Assembly (NCBI RefSeq): GCF_009914755.1 | Contig: NC_060934.1 | Direction: 5' to 3' (one strand) | DNA length: 64,000 nucleotides | Source: the human T2T-CHM13v2.0 reference genome, Homo sapiens | Shown here: piece after piece, positions 40,277-54,635 of the stretch | Numbering within the stretch: position 1 is the stretch's first letter | Layout of the letters: each line of letters begins with the position of its first letter | The notes under the pieces: generated by a model | What the model was told of the DNA's origin: nothing | Seen by the model: only the letters and a program-made list of their open reading frames with translations | Database searches by the model: none | Translations under genes and position numbers: made by a program

Positions 40277-41499
40277 TCTTCGCCCTTCAAAACCCATCTT
40301 CAACACCTACGACTTCTCAAGGCTCATTTAGTTGCTCCTGTAGGTCTTCCAGTACCTTCTACATTCATTGGTGCTACCGGTATCACAATACATACAGAAG
40401 TAAATTATAATCACAAATATGAAGCCCTTATTTAAATACATCTGCAACTTGTTATTGAGATGTGAATCTTTTCTCATTTTTTTTTTAAAAATTATTTCCT
40501 TCTTTTATAAAAAATACATTTGTTCATGATTTCTTAACAAAACAATAGTAGAAAATACAAAGAAAGAAATAACAAATCACCACAAATCTTACCACACTGA
40601 ATTATGCAGCAATGATGCTTGATGAACATTATTGCGGCTCTCTCTGCAGCTAGGGGAATGATTGTTGCAGAACAGAATGTAAATATTATAAACCTTGACA
40701 AAGGAGGAGAAGTAGATCAGTAGATACTGAGAAATAATTTTATATCAATGGATCATAGTATGCATGCTATTTTCAAAATAGTTAAGTATTTAATTTTACT
40801 GTAATTGAATTGGATAAATAAATTTCTAAAAGTAGGATTCATTTCACAAAGGATATCAGTACCCATAATATCATTTAAAAATGAAAAATAAATATACAAC
40901 ATTAAGATCATGATATGTTAAAATTATCTGTTTCAGTTTTAAAGTACACCAATTGACCATCTTCTATAAATGACTTTGTAATTTCATTGCTTACATTATT
41001 TTACTACACTGAGTTACATTATATATAGATGCATAGATATATGTATAATACTTATGCAGATATATACATATAAATGTTATATATATATAAAACATTTATA
41101 TCTTGGTGTGCAATAAAAATTTTCCCAGGGGTTTAGTCTCAAGAACTTTTTTTTAACTTTAAAATATCTAGTCTTTTCTTGCTTTGTGTTTTTTGTATTT
41201 CTTGTTTTGACTGTTTTTGCTTAGCAATGTTTAATCACCTAGTTTATATCCAAAAGGGCTCTAAGGCGCCCCTGGGCATATTCTTATGTAAGCATATCTG
41301 CTATTATCTTTATTTTTAAAAGACAATTTGGCTTGATAATTCTTCCTTTCCCTTAAACTTTCCTTCCTTCAGAACACCCTAAGTACTGCACCATTGTCTC
41401 AAGATGTGCAAAATTGTAGTGAGGGAATCTGAGCTTTTCCCCAGACCTCTACTCCCGTCTAACGTATATTTCTTGTGTCTACTTGCTTTTTCTTTCCAG

Positions 41500-41585
41500 A
41501 TTTTTTTTTTTGCTAAGAATGTGGGATGGTGGCACATAATAGCTGTGATTGTGTTTGTGTGTGTGGAGGGGTGTGGGGTGATGAG
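41500..41585 (+). other. Candidate non-coding exon A
   Basis: Branch-like CTAAC (41459-41463), polypyrimidine tract TTGCTTTTTCTTTCCAG|, donor GAG|GTGAGT. Motif evidence only. Confidence 0.35.
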
Positions 41586-42652
41586 GTGAGTATATTGAAA
41601 AAAATATATAGGATTTATTGTGGACAAGGAGTATTATTCTGGCTTCAGAGGTTATCTGTGAATTCATAGCAATGATACGGTTTTGAGGGTTTCTTTTTCT
41701 TTTAGAGAGAGGAGGAGGAAGAGTGTTTAATTTTTTTTAAAAACTGAATGAAGTCGAGGTTAGTCAAGAGTCCTATCCTTTGACTTTCTTCCACCTAGAA
41801 CCTTATTTTTCTTTGATCTATGAGACTGAAAATAATAAGTCCCTGTAAACTTAGCTCTAAACAAGAAACTTGTAGCCATATCATTGAGTCACATGAAGAG
41901 ACAGTTTTTCTGGGGATCTCTTCCATTTCAGCATTGGAGTAATATTCACGCCTAATCTTTTCACATTTCTTCAGTTGTAATAGGAAAGTTTCTCTTGTTA
42001 AAAAAATAAATAAATAAAACTAAATGTTAATGATGTAAATGCAATTTATTTTATTTTAGCCAATACATTGTTGTTGTTGTTTTATCCACATGTATTACCA
42101 TGGTACAACCACAAGATATGATGAGATCATTGGCCCAGCAGCAAGTCTTCAGTTAGGTACACCTGTCCATGTGATGAATTAGAACATGCTTTTCCACCTA
42201 TAAACTACAACTTAATTTGCATAACTTAATATAAGTAGTATTAATGTAAGTGTTATACATATTTCAGGTTATAATTTTGATTACAATTTGAAGACATAAA
42301 TACAATTGGTTTAGTTATAAAATTACACTACTTACTTGCTACTTTATAACTGCTCACTACCTCCTTAGTGGAACCCAGATTTTCTCTATGATTTGAGAAA
42401 AATTACTCCACATGTTGCCTAGTTATCAAACTATATTGGGAAGCAGAAAAAGCTATGAAAGGCTTCAAAGCTTCTGAGAACCTTAGCACGAAAAACTCTT
42501 CCAAAAAGCTTTTTTCACTTTTCAATAGTTCCTCTTTACATCACATTTATAATCACTCACCAGCAATCTCTTTTCCATGCTTGATTTGTGAGGCTTATTG
42601 AAAACAATGGCATTGACGTTCATTCTGACTCCTTGATTTCCATTGTTTTCAG

Positions 42653-42730
42653 GAGTTTTCATCTATGAGCAGCAGCAGAAAGAGAAAAAGTTAGATTCTT
42701 AAATTCCATGATTTTATATTTCCCACCAAG
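42653..42730 (+). other. Candidate non-coding exon B
   Basis: CTGAC (42625-42629), TTTCCATTGTTTTCAG| acceptor, AAG|GTACAA donor. Motif evidence only. Confidence 0.3.
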
Positions 42731-42784
42731 GTACAAGTATTTCTACTTTTCTACCTGATTGTCTCTACTTTCCTCCATGTGTAT

Positions 42785-43085
42785 TTCTTTTCTTTTCTTT
42801 TCTTTTTCAGACGGAGTCTCGCTCCGTCGCCCAGGCTGGAGTGCAGTGGTGCGATCTCGGCTCACTGCATGCAACCTCTGCCTCCCAGGTTCAAATGATT
42901 CTCCTGCTTCAGCCTCCTGAGTAGCTGGGATTACAGATGTGTGCCACCATGACTGGCTAATTTTTGAATTTTTAGTAGAGACAGGTTTTCTCCATGTTGG
43001 CCAGGCGGGTCTTGAACTCCTGACCTCAAATCTGCCAGCTTCAGCCTCCCAAAGTGCTGGGATTACAGGCATGAGCCACTGCGCA
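42785..43085 (-). mobile_element. Alu (AluS)
   Basis: AGACGGAGTCTCGCTCCGTCGCCCAGG..GAGCCACTGCGC. Confidence 0.95.
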
Positions 43086-44660
43086 TTTCTTCTGCCATTC
43101 TGACAGCTCCTCAATACTGGTTATTTGTAGTTGGTACATAAATGTTTCAAATACTTTCTGGCTCCCTTATAAACATTACAACCTGGTTCATTTCTAAGAA
43201 ACCACAGTCCTTTTTCAATGGCTGTTGAACTTTTCTGATGCACCTCTGAGTAGGTCCACACAGCAGATTCATATACTAGAACTGCATTGTACCAGAGGAA
43301 CTCTTCTCATCCAGGGAGAAAACAACAATTACATTTTCTTGTTGCAAATTACAAAATATTACATTCTAATCCTACAATTCCATTTCAATGGAAGAATCAG
43401 ATATATGCATAAAGAGGCAGGTGCAAGGATATTCATTTTAGGGATATTTAGAAAACTGGAAAAAATTTGAATGTCTAACAATAAAAAAGTTCAACAAATG
43501 ATGACAAACCATGTCATGGGATATAAAATTTCATATTGTAGTCATATTACAGAACTGTTAAATACATGGTAACGTTTATAACAATTTGCTAAGCAAACAA
43601 AGTAATGTGATCACATTTTTGTAAAAGATACAGTCACACCTAGCAGTGCTTCCTCGGCTCTGATTAGGCAACATTGCCTAGAGAAATAAAATATTCTATT
43701 GAGGGCTTTCTTTTGAACAGTGGACATCCTCTTTACTCACTAACAGGGACCTTATTAAGAGAAGCAACTTAGATTATTACTCAAATAAGTTCTCCTTCAA
43801 GCTTTCTGCTTACAAAAAAAAAGCTATCAAGTTATCCCAATTATAACCCAATGATACACATACTCATTTTATGTAGAGTCCAGAAATGTTTTGAAGCTGG
43901 AGTTGAAGACAGTTCAGTTCAAGGCCTTACTTTTACGGACAATGAACCTGAATTCCAGAAGTAGGAAGCTTTTATGACAGAGGAGGCTGGCGGAAGAATC
44001 AGTGCCTGAATCAGGGTCTGCTGTTGCTGGTGCCTCGCCACATATCCAAGTTTTTATCTTTTTATTCTTTATGCATGGTCAAATGTGGCCAAACCTAATG
44101 TCTTCTCTGGTTTCTGGCAAGAAAGCACTATGAACTATCACCAGTTTTAGCAACGGGGACCTTTTGTTCTGTAGTAATATACATAAAAAATTAAGATTGA
44201 GCAAGCAGATAAACCTTTTGTGTGCATAATTAATAACTCACACTTGAATTTCTGTATCTCATTAGAGGTAGTTGTCTCACCTTTAACTAGAGAAGACAAG
44301 CTTTATTTTTGTAGCGCTTTGCCCTATTATGTTCAACAATAATAATTCACGGTGACAGATGTAATCCACCAAACTCATTATTTTCAACCCCGATCCATTT
44401 ATTTTGCATTACCAATACAGTGTTGATGCCTATCATTCCCTGAACTGGAGTGCCTGCTGAAATGTTTTATTGCGATATGTCAGAGTTTAAATAATAGCAG
44501 GAATGAGGCTGAAGCCTTCCAAAGTTGCTGTGTGTATTATAAAAACGTATGTAATGCACCCTGTACTCACAAGAACAGGTCTTAGGAGGTGTGGTTTTGA
44601 TTAGCCAATTACATTTGGGAGAAGAATGGACTCTATCTCTTAGAGAGGGCCACATCTCTT

Positions 44661-44829
44661 CATATATGTATATATGTGTGTGTATATGTGTATATATGTG
44701 TGTATGTCTATGTATATGCGTGTATATGTATATATACACATATGTATTCGGGTTTTTAATATATATGTGTCTGTGTACATATGTGTATATGTACAAATTA
44801 TATATAAATTTATATATATATATATATAA
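44661..44829. repeat. Degenerate (TG/TA)n microsatellite
   Basis: Seen directly. Confidence 0.9.
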
Positions 44830-45146
44830 ATAAAACCACAATAAGGTACCATCTTACAGCAGTCACAGTGGTTATTACTGAAAAGTCAAAAACAACAGAT
44901 GTTGGTGAGGATGTGGAGAAAAGGAAAGGCTTATACATTGTTGGAGGGAATGCAAATTAGTTCAACCTCTATGGAAAAAAGTATGGAGATTTCTCAAAGA
45001 ACTAAAAATAGAACTACCATTAAATCTGGCAATCCCACTCCTGGGCATACACCCAAAGGAAAATAAGTCATTACATCAAAAAGATACTTGCTCTTGTATG
45101 TTTATTGCAGCACTATTCACAATAGCAAAGATATGGAATCAACCTA
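44830..45146 (+). mobile_element. Internal L1MA fragment without tail or TSD
   Basis: AAACCACAATAAGGTACCATC..GATATGGAATCAACCTA; closely related to 38495-38806. Confidence 0.9.
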
Positions 45147-45241
45147 TGTATATACATATATGTGTGTGTATATATATACACACACACGTGCACACATATA
45201 TACATAGACACACATACATACATACACACATACATATACAC

Positions 45242-45280
<39 letters not shown>
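45147..45280. repeat. Degenerate (TA/CA)n microsatellite
   Basis: Seen directly. Confidence 0.9.
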
Positions 45281-45282
<2 letters not shown>

Positions 45283-47268
45283 ACATCAAAGAGAAAAGAA
45301 AACAGGATTGGAACTTTTTTTCTTTTGAGGAGCTAAATTTCCCAAAATCTGCTGTGAAAAATCTCACTCATAATTTAACATATTGTGCTATAAAACTGTT
45401 TTCTTTCTCTTCTTGATTTATATTCTGCCAAATCCTGGGGCGGGACAGGAGGATATTGTCCTCTGATAGGCAGTATAGGACTATGTGACTTCCTTTGACT
45501 TTAAAGGAATCGCAGGGAAGTTTGAATGGCAACTATTCAACCTTGAAGGGAGAGAAACTAAATGAAACACCTGTTTCTCTGATTACTGTGCCACAAGGCC
45601 TTTTAATTAGTTTGTGGAACTAGAAGTTTTAGTTATTGAAGCATATGGTTATTTCCCTCCAAGAGAGTGGACACGTGACTACACACCATTAATTTGTGAT
45701 TATTATTAAACTAAGAATGCAATTTAAAAGATTGTGTACTAATAGATATATTTTCTAGACTAGAAAGAGCTGCAGAATAAAGTAGGAGAAAAATCCATAT
45801 AAAATGTCAATCTTTTTTTTATATCAGCACCAGTGATTGACTATTTCCATAATGGTGTTCAGAAGATGTATTTACACACGTGGGAACTTCAGTTGGATAT
45901 GCTGAATTAAAATGTTGATAATTATTTTATGGATATTAATTATTTTAATTTCATGTAATACCTTTTCCTCAAAGATTTAGAGAGCAATATATCAGTGTAG
46001 GAAACAAAGGCTGGAAAAAATAGGTATGGCTAAGTTGACCATAACCTTAAAACATTTTCTCCATGTTGTTTTTATCATGTGGTAGAGATTTCTCTCCAAT
46101 ATGTTCAAGTACTTGAATGTAGAAACTTGGAAAATTCTGCTGGACTGTTAGGAACTCCTTCCACTTAGCTAGATATCATCCTAAATTCATCTTAAGACAT
46201 CATCTCCTCAAAGTCATTGTAAAGGAAAGAGAAACATTTGGCTTTCTGATAGGTTTTTAGACACCTCTGCACAGAGTTTTGAGAAGGATGTCTCGGTTGG
46301 GAGCATTTAGGGTATCAAACTCTTACACCTTGTAGGTATTAATTAAAATAGGGAAACTTTCATTTTAGATGTGAGATGCGTAAGATATCAGTAACTTTGT
46401 GATCATGTCTTATACTATGGTATTTTCCCCATGTAACTCCTCGCTTTTTGCAGAACGGTTATTCAATCAGTATGTGAGCTTTGAGTTGCTCTCTGGGAAA
46501 AGCAATTGAATTATTGCTTAGTACTGACTGAAATAAGCATGGGCAACATGGTGAGAGTGTAATCATTTAAGTGCAAAAATGATCCCAAACCATACAACAG
46601 CTTTGCTATTAATAAAAATCATGAGAAACTACAAATAAACTACAAGTGTTCATAGTGGCAGAAATGACTCAACTGTTGTGAAATTTTAATTTCTCTCACT
46701 GTTTATGCCTAAATATGAAACATACCTGACAACAGCATGAGACAGAACACGTCTTCTCATTTTTCCAGATAATTTACACCATGAGTTTGGCCAAAAGCAC
46801 TGATTACAAAATACGACTGCAATTGGATAGCATAGCAAAATGGATTTCCACACCTATGGCATAAGGCTTGGTTTGTTTTGATTAAAGACATAATTGTGAT
46901 CCAATTTCATAATGTTGATCACAATTTCATCACCTGTGCCTGGAAGGAGAGGAAAATATATGAGGGGTATAGCAAAGTGCAAACTCATTAAAAATTGTCT
47001 GCAAGAAATTACGATTGTTACATTTAAAGCAAAGGTGTGGTATTGTGTTTAATTAAACAAAGTTTGTAAAGTGTTTTGTGAACTTTGCTTGGATTGTGCA
47101 AACTTGAACAAGGCACTTTATACAAACTTATGTTAATGGAATATTTTGAGAACATATAATTTGAGGAGCAGATAGATAAATTACTATCAAAAATAACTTG
47201 CATAATTTTGTGATTAGCAAGAGATCTTACACCAAGAAGGTGAAGTATAGTGTGCTTGTTCAATTCTT

Positions 47269-47633
<365 letters not shown>

Positions 47634-48844
47634 TTGTTCAATTCTTGAGTGGCAAAATTAACAGGTTTGTTCAGAAGATGTTTACAAAAATGTCAAAAAG
47701 TTATTGTAACAGTTTTCTTTGGCTACAAAATAGATGCTTAGAAGATAATTAATAACTCAGTGGCAAGTTTTTTTTTTTAATTTTTCATGATGTGATTACA
47801 CCTAGGTCTATTGTCAGTTAACTATTTAAAAGTGAATAAAGGAAGATGAATCCTAGGACAACATTGTCAAACTTCAGCAAACTGCCATCCTTCTCAACCT
47901 CTTCACTCACGGTCTAAGTGGAGCTCTATCTGATGCTAACGCTTTGGTAGAGTAAGCTACATTCTCCGTCAATGTCAATCAAATATTTGGCTTGAAAAAT
48001 ATTTTAAGGACCTGAAAATCAACTGCATTTGTTGGTAAACACTTTTTAGCAGAATCTCCACCTAAGTTTGGATTAGGGTTTGTCTTTCAAGTTGTGCCTG
48101 GGCCTGTTTTTTAAAAACATAATTCAGTTCATCAGTTCTATGGGAAAATGTATTCTTTTTTGATCATTGTCTAGAGTAATTCATTTTGAGTAGATATAGA
48201 TAAATTCTGAAAAATAAAAATTACAAATTTAACTTAGAAATTTAGAGTTTTATATTTAACATAAATATTTTAACAGAAACTTTACATTAAAGATTTTAAA
48301 TTACTGAAGTTAATTCTCAATATTTGCATGTGTCACAAGGATGTGTCTCATATCACAAGTCTTGGAGAGGGAGAGGGAAAGAGGATCATCAGTCATGGTG
48401 TCCAGGGAGAAGCTAGCAGGCTGAGTGGTGAGAGGAAGAGCTAAGCGAAATGAACATACAGTGTGTTTCTGCCCCTCACACAGACATGTGCAAGAGACCT
48501 GGGGGATGTGCATTTGAGATGCAAGGAGCAATGGGACACGAAGTCTAACACATGGAACCCACTGTCTTGTTGGCAGGGATGATAAATGCCAATGGGTAAC
48601 AATATTCTATGATTCAAGACCTAATGAAGAATTTGAAAGTGATAAATACAGTTAGTAAATTACTCTAGTTTAGAGTTGGAAGGTCAGAGAAGATTTCTTT
48701 TAGAAGGTCGAATTTGAGTTGGTCTTTAAAGATGAATCAATTGCACAGGTTGGAGAGAGAATCTTTATGCACAAAGATGCAACTGCAGAAAAGAGGGCAA
48801 ACATAAGTAGGTTAGACTAGAATAATTATACCCGTGAGCTTCAG

Positions 48845-49020
48845 AGCAAATGGCAGCTTATGGAACACTTTCACATGCAATAGCTCATATAACTCTTTAA
48901 GCAACCCTGTGAAACAGGCAGGGCAGTTGTTATTGCACAATTTACAGATGTGCAAACTGTGGTTCTGCAGAGCTGCTACAAACACTAGAGTTGGATCTCA
49001 AACACACGTGCTTGACCTTT
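48845..49020 (-). mobile_element. MIR SINE
   Basis: GCAACCCTGTGAAACAGGCA..ATTTACAGATGTGCAAACTG. Confidence 0.6.
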
Positions 49021-50180
49021 TTTTGCTTTCTGGTTTACTGCAATGGGCAAGTCATAGGGTGAGGAGTGCTATGGTAAGATTAGGTTAAATGGGAAGAGAG
49101 AGTCAGCAGAGTTTCTGACTATGCCCAAATTTGTACAAAAATAAGAAGAAATGGTGTTTTTTTTTTTGAAAAAAAGAAAAAGTCTGAATAATAAAATGAT
49201 CCATGAATTTATGGTGAGGACTAGTAAAAAAGTAAACTTCATTTAACAATTATATTTAAGCTAAGCTAGGATGAAGATGCACAAGAAATATTTAAAAAAG
49301 TAAGACAAACATGGCAAAAACAAAATCAACAAAAGAAAAATAAAAACAAGAACTGAAAGACTTATCAAGGCATAGCCGAGAGGTCTATGTGGTTTGTACT
49401 TCCCAGCCATTACAGTCTCTGCGGATTGTGGCTTACCTGTTGTAATTCAGGGATCTCCATTTATTATGAAGCACAGCACCTATGTACAATTTACCAGGGA
49501 CACATGTGACCTTGATAACTATAAAGCATAAGGCCATCTTTTCAGTATGTCAACAAATAGATCATTTAAGCAGAGTGGCATAGTTTTTTGAGGCCAGTTT
49601 GCCCACCAACATTAGTTTGCCTAACTCAGAATAACATACAGAGAGGCAAGAGTTTGAAATGAATGAAAATATATTCAATCCATAATCAAATGAAAAAGTT
49701 TTGGGAATGGTGCCAGAAAGCCTTCCTGAATTAGACTTTCTTCAGCACCTAAATTTAGCCACCTGGCATTCTATTTTAAGAATCATTCAGATTTTTGAAA
49801 TGAAGGATTTGCCTTTTAATGAAGACACCCTCATTTCATTAAAAATATGGAACACATTGTCCTTGACTTTGAATGTGTTAAATTCCATGTGATGAAAGAG
49901 GTGACATCATTAGCCACATACTTCATAACCAGCGGTGAAAAAAGAAATTTTCAACTTAAAAAGGTATTATGTTATAAGTATCAGTAATTATTGCAACAAA
50001 AGTTATTGATTAGAAAAATGCCCAACTTCGTTTTCAAGGGCTAAAGAATTTAAAAATGTGAACAGTATACCACAGAAAGTTTCTTAAATTGTTGCTTATT
50101 ATGGAAAGAAGTCTGACACTCTTAAAGGACATAGTATTCTTGCATTTTAATCCCATAATGATTATAAAGTATACTTTTAG

Positions 50181-50564
<384 letters not shown>

Positions 50565-50974
50565 ATATTACAAATATTTTTAAAGCTGAGATATTTTAAA
50601 TTCAGTTCCATGAATAGTTGTCATTAAAATTTCTTCAGGAATATTGTTCTATGTCATAGAGCCCTCATTTATTTAACAGCTAGTATTATTAGGTTATCAT
50701 ATGTTAGATATTGTTGTAGGTGTCGAGGCTGTAATCATGAATAGAGGAATGTAATATCCGTTCTAATGAAGCTAACTGTCTAGTGGGAATAATAGTGAAA
50801 TAAAGCAGCAGTTAACAGAGTGCAGGGATGAGGTTCTTGGAATAACATGCCTGGAAGGTGAATCCACAAGAATATATGCTTCAGATGTAATTATTTTTAA
50901 GCATACTGCAATGAATTGCTCTGTTTTTTAATGTGAATTAGAGTTTTGTTGCATCAATTTTAAGGGTGTCTAGT

Positions 50975-51160
50975 ATTTGCCAAACACCTTATTAAGTTCT
51001 TTACCTTCATTAATCAATTTAATTCACACCAATGGCTGCTTGAGGTAGATGGCATTACTCACATTTTGAGAGACTAAAGCTCAGAGGGGTAAAACAACTG
51101 TCCCCTAGCCACACTTTGATAGTGATTTCACAGAGCCTGTGATCTTTACATTGTGTTCCA
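50975..51160 (-). mobile_element. MIR SINE
   Basis: ATTTAATTCACACC..TGAGGTAGATGGCATTA..AGCTCAGAGGGGTAAA. Confidence 0.6.
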
Positions 51161-51300
51161 TATGCTTCCCAAGTCACAATTTTACCATGTTGTGGAATAA
51201 ATGTGTTCTATTGACTTATCAAAATTCTAGATGACAAATTTCATTGTAAAGATCATGTATTAAAAATAATGTGATTTGCTTTTAAAAAGCCTTAAGCCAA

Positions 51301-51670
51301 GTGGGTTAGTTATTTATTGCTATATAATAAATTATCCCAAAATTTAGTGGCTTAAAACCTCAAATTTTTATTGTCTACTTTAGTTTCAGATGTCAGGAAT
51401 CTGTGAGCAGCTTAGCTCTGTGGTTCTGGGTCAGGGGTTCTCAAGTGGCTGCAGTCAAGATGTCAGCTGGGGCTGCTGTCTCATGTGAAGGCTTGACTGG
51501 GCTGGAGGATGCACTCCCAAGCACCCTCATGTGGCTGTTGACTGGAGGCTTTGGCGCCTCAGTACGTGGCCCTCTGGAATTGCTGCTCAGGTCATGGCAG
51601 CTAACTTCCCTACCAGCCAGTGATCAGAGAATGTGTGACTAGATGGAAGCTACAATGTCTTTTATAACCA
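51301..51670 (-). mobile_element. MLT1F-like MaLR LTR (partial)
   Basis: TTAGTTATTTATTGCT..CCCAAAATTTAGTGGCTTAAAAC..GCAGTCAAGATGTCAGCTGGGGCTG. Confidence 0.8.
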
Positions 51671-51696
51671 AACCCAGACAAAACTGGGCCTGGGTC

Positions 51697-52056
51697 TTTA
51701 TAAGTCTGTTCTCATGCTGCTATGAAGAAATACCCGAGACTGTGTAATTTATAAAGAAAACAGGTTTAAATGATTCACAGTTCTGCATGGCTGGGGAGGC
51801 CTCAGGAAACTTATAATCATGGTGGAAGGCACCTCTTCATAGGGCAGCAGGAAAGAGAATGAGTGCAGAGCAAAGGGGAAAAAAATCCCTTATGAAACCA
51901 TCAGATCTCACTCACCATCACAAGAACAGCTATGGGGGAACGACCCTCACGATCTAATCACCTCCCACGAGGTCCCATCCCCAACATGTGGAGATTACTT
52001 TTGGATTACAATTCAAGATGAGATTTTGGGTGGGAACACAAAGCCTAACCATATCA
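51697..52056 (-). mobile_element. THE1D/MSTA-like MaLR solo LTR
   Basis: GCTATGAAGAAATACCCGAGACTG..GGAAACTTATAATCATGG..AACCATATCA; TSD GGGTC / GAGTC. Confidence 0.9.
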
Positions 52057-52100
52057 GAGTCTAATCAGGATAGAGGAAAAATACAGCAACTTCAACAGGA

Positions 52101-52130
52101 CAACAGAGCAAGACTCCGTCTAAAAAAAAA
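52101..52130 (+). mobile_element. Severely 5'-truncated Alu 3' end
   Basis: CAACAGAGCAAGACTCCGTCT followed by A9. Confidence 0.7.
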
Positions 52131-54361
52131 GCACGGCACATAAGATTCAGTTGTATAATGATTCTTTGTGATGATTAAATGATGAATGAATATGGGTAAT
52201 TAATATGGAGGCAAAGCCACAGACCATTATGTAGAGTTAATAAAAAGGAAAACCCAGTATGATCTTTAATCATTTTTAAACTATCATGTTGCATCTATAT
52301 TTTCAATATCTTTCAAAAAACAGTTAACCTAAAGTATGAGTTATTATTATATTTTGGAAGAGTCAGAGTTTCTTTTGAGAATAGCATAAGAACTTTGACC
52401 ACTTTTCCCCCCAAAATGCACATATGTGCAAACATATGCATTTAATTTCAAGCAATTCATGTATCTCCTGAAGCCATAAGCAGAGTTTATGTATGTGCTT
52501 CAATATACCATGGACTTCAAGGTAAACATTATTAACTAAATATGAAGAGGGGGCATTTATAATAATACCAATTTCTTACTGCTATTATTGATTAAAAGAT
52601 AATGTTTTTCAATGCCAAGATGTGCTAGACTGCAACAAATTCTCTACAATAAACTTTAGTCCCCATATGGAGTAAATGATATTAAGCTGGACAATAGATG
52701 GGCAAATACTTTATATTTTGTTGGGTGTCTTCTTTAAGGTACATTCTATGCCACACCAAAACACTCCTCCTATCCCACCATACACACTTATTTATTAATT
52801 ATCCAGTTTATTCACCAAATGTAGAAATTAGGCTGGACAGATTAAGTCAAACTTCTTTAGAGATTTTGTGCAATAATGGGGTCAAAGATTTCTATAATGA
52901 CAGTCTACTTTCCTCTGGGCACAACTTGTCTGACGACGAGAAAAACTAAAAAGAATGAAATAAAAAGCAAAGAAGTTTCAGATTCACTAATAATAGTGTT
53001 GGCTTTTGAGTGAAAATTAGCTCTGGAAAGAAAGTGCAACATAAAGCAAGACAAGCCAGGGCAGAATTTTGCACATTCCAGTGAAAGTTTTCAGGCAATT
53101 CTATCCATGGATATACCCTTAAAGGATGTGACCCAGGTGAGACTTACCTGCTGAAGGCAACTAATCCACAATGAGCAAATTATCCTGCCCTGGAGGGTAA
53201 GCTATAATATCGGTCCCATGCTTCAGGAAGAGAAAATCATGTGTTCCTAGAAGAGAAGGAAACCAGGGGCTAGCAGAGGCTTGCCTAGAAATGGAATTGA
53301 AATATAAACTGAGAAGTTTCAGTTGATTTAGAATAACAGGGTGTTCCAATTAGCTTACAAAATGTTTCTGACAGGCAATAGAATCGAATAAGGGAACAGC
53401 AGTGGCATCACACAAAAAGGAATTTAACAAATGCTGGCACTTTCATATCCCCTAGGGAGATGAATGATGATGAACTTCAAAAGTTGGAACTGATTTGAGT
53501 CCAATATGGCTGGAATAGCTTAAAAAGTAAAGTATAACAGCCTCCTAGTAGAAAATATTTCTTCTTCATTCCCCTAATCACTTTCTCCTTTTCACAAATG
53601 TGTGCATTTGCAAACATGGAGGTGCCCCCCACTCCATTCACAAACTACAGAAACTTACAGAAACTGAACAATGCAGATTGAAACTTCCCTGTTACTGAAT
53701 CCAAAGGACAGGGTTCAGCACTTCCATGTAATATGTGTATTCATGGATAACAAGAATATAAATAAACTGCCTTATAAGATCATTTAATATGTGTGTGAAT
53801 ATCATAAGTACATAAACAAGTGAAGCTGAAGGAGGTATGTTTGTACCTTGGAAATTTAAAATGCTGTTATGTAGTTATCTTGATCAGATTATCTGAAGGG
53901 AATTGTCAAATGAATAGAAATACCATTTTGGAAATTAGACATGGTCATTGAAATTTTTGGTTTTTTTTTTTTAAGTAAAGCTCAAGGTATTATTTAAAAC
54001 CAGCATGTCTATGTCAAATAGATGACAGATAGGGGATCATGTTGTAAGCATAACATTCCAGTTCTGTGTTGACACTATTGAGAATAAACCACAAATGGCT
54101 CAACAGGTAATGCTCATAATGGCTGACCTTTATATCAACTTTTTACTTTCTGTTTACCTGGTGTCACTACATAGTCTTTTAAATGATGACTAGTCGCTAA
54201 TATAGCAAGTTACAGCAGTCAGAGAAAGAAACAGTGTCGTTATGTTAACTTGTTAGTATGGAACCACTAATATGCTTTGTATAAATGAAGTCTTCATTCC
54301 AAATAGGTCGATTATTTTCTTACTATTATCAAAGAGCTTATATTTTCTTTCTTCTTTTAGC

Positions 54362-54540
54362 TTGTATTTATTTATTTATTTTTATTTGTATAAATGTATG
54401 AGGTACCAGTGTAATTTTGCTACAGGCATAGGTTGCATGGTGGTAAAGTCGAGGCTTTTAGGGTTTCCATCACCCAAATAATGTACATTGTTCCCCTAAA
54501 GTAATCTTTTGTCATCCACCCTCCTCCTACTCTCTCACCC
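54362..54540 (-). mobile_element. L1MA 3' end fragment
   Basis: TTTATTTGTATAAATGTATGAGGTAC..CCATCACCCAAATAATGTACATTG. Confidence 0.8.
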
Positions 54541-54593
54541 AGCTGATAGTTTCATAATAACAAAAGATAGGCTAACTCAGGTGCAGACATAAA

Positions 54594-54635
54594 TATACAT
54601 ATATATATATAGATAGATAGATAGATAGATAGATA
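54594..54635. repeat. (TA)n(GATA)n STR
   Basis: Seen directly. Confidence 0.9.

Noticed and set aside
41262-41278. CTCF-like CCAGGGGCGCC on the - strand
   Set aside because: One G short of the core spacing and a poor 5' half.
44467-45416. Y/I/H/T-rich and C/V-rich ORFs
   Set aside because: Translations of microsatellites.
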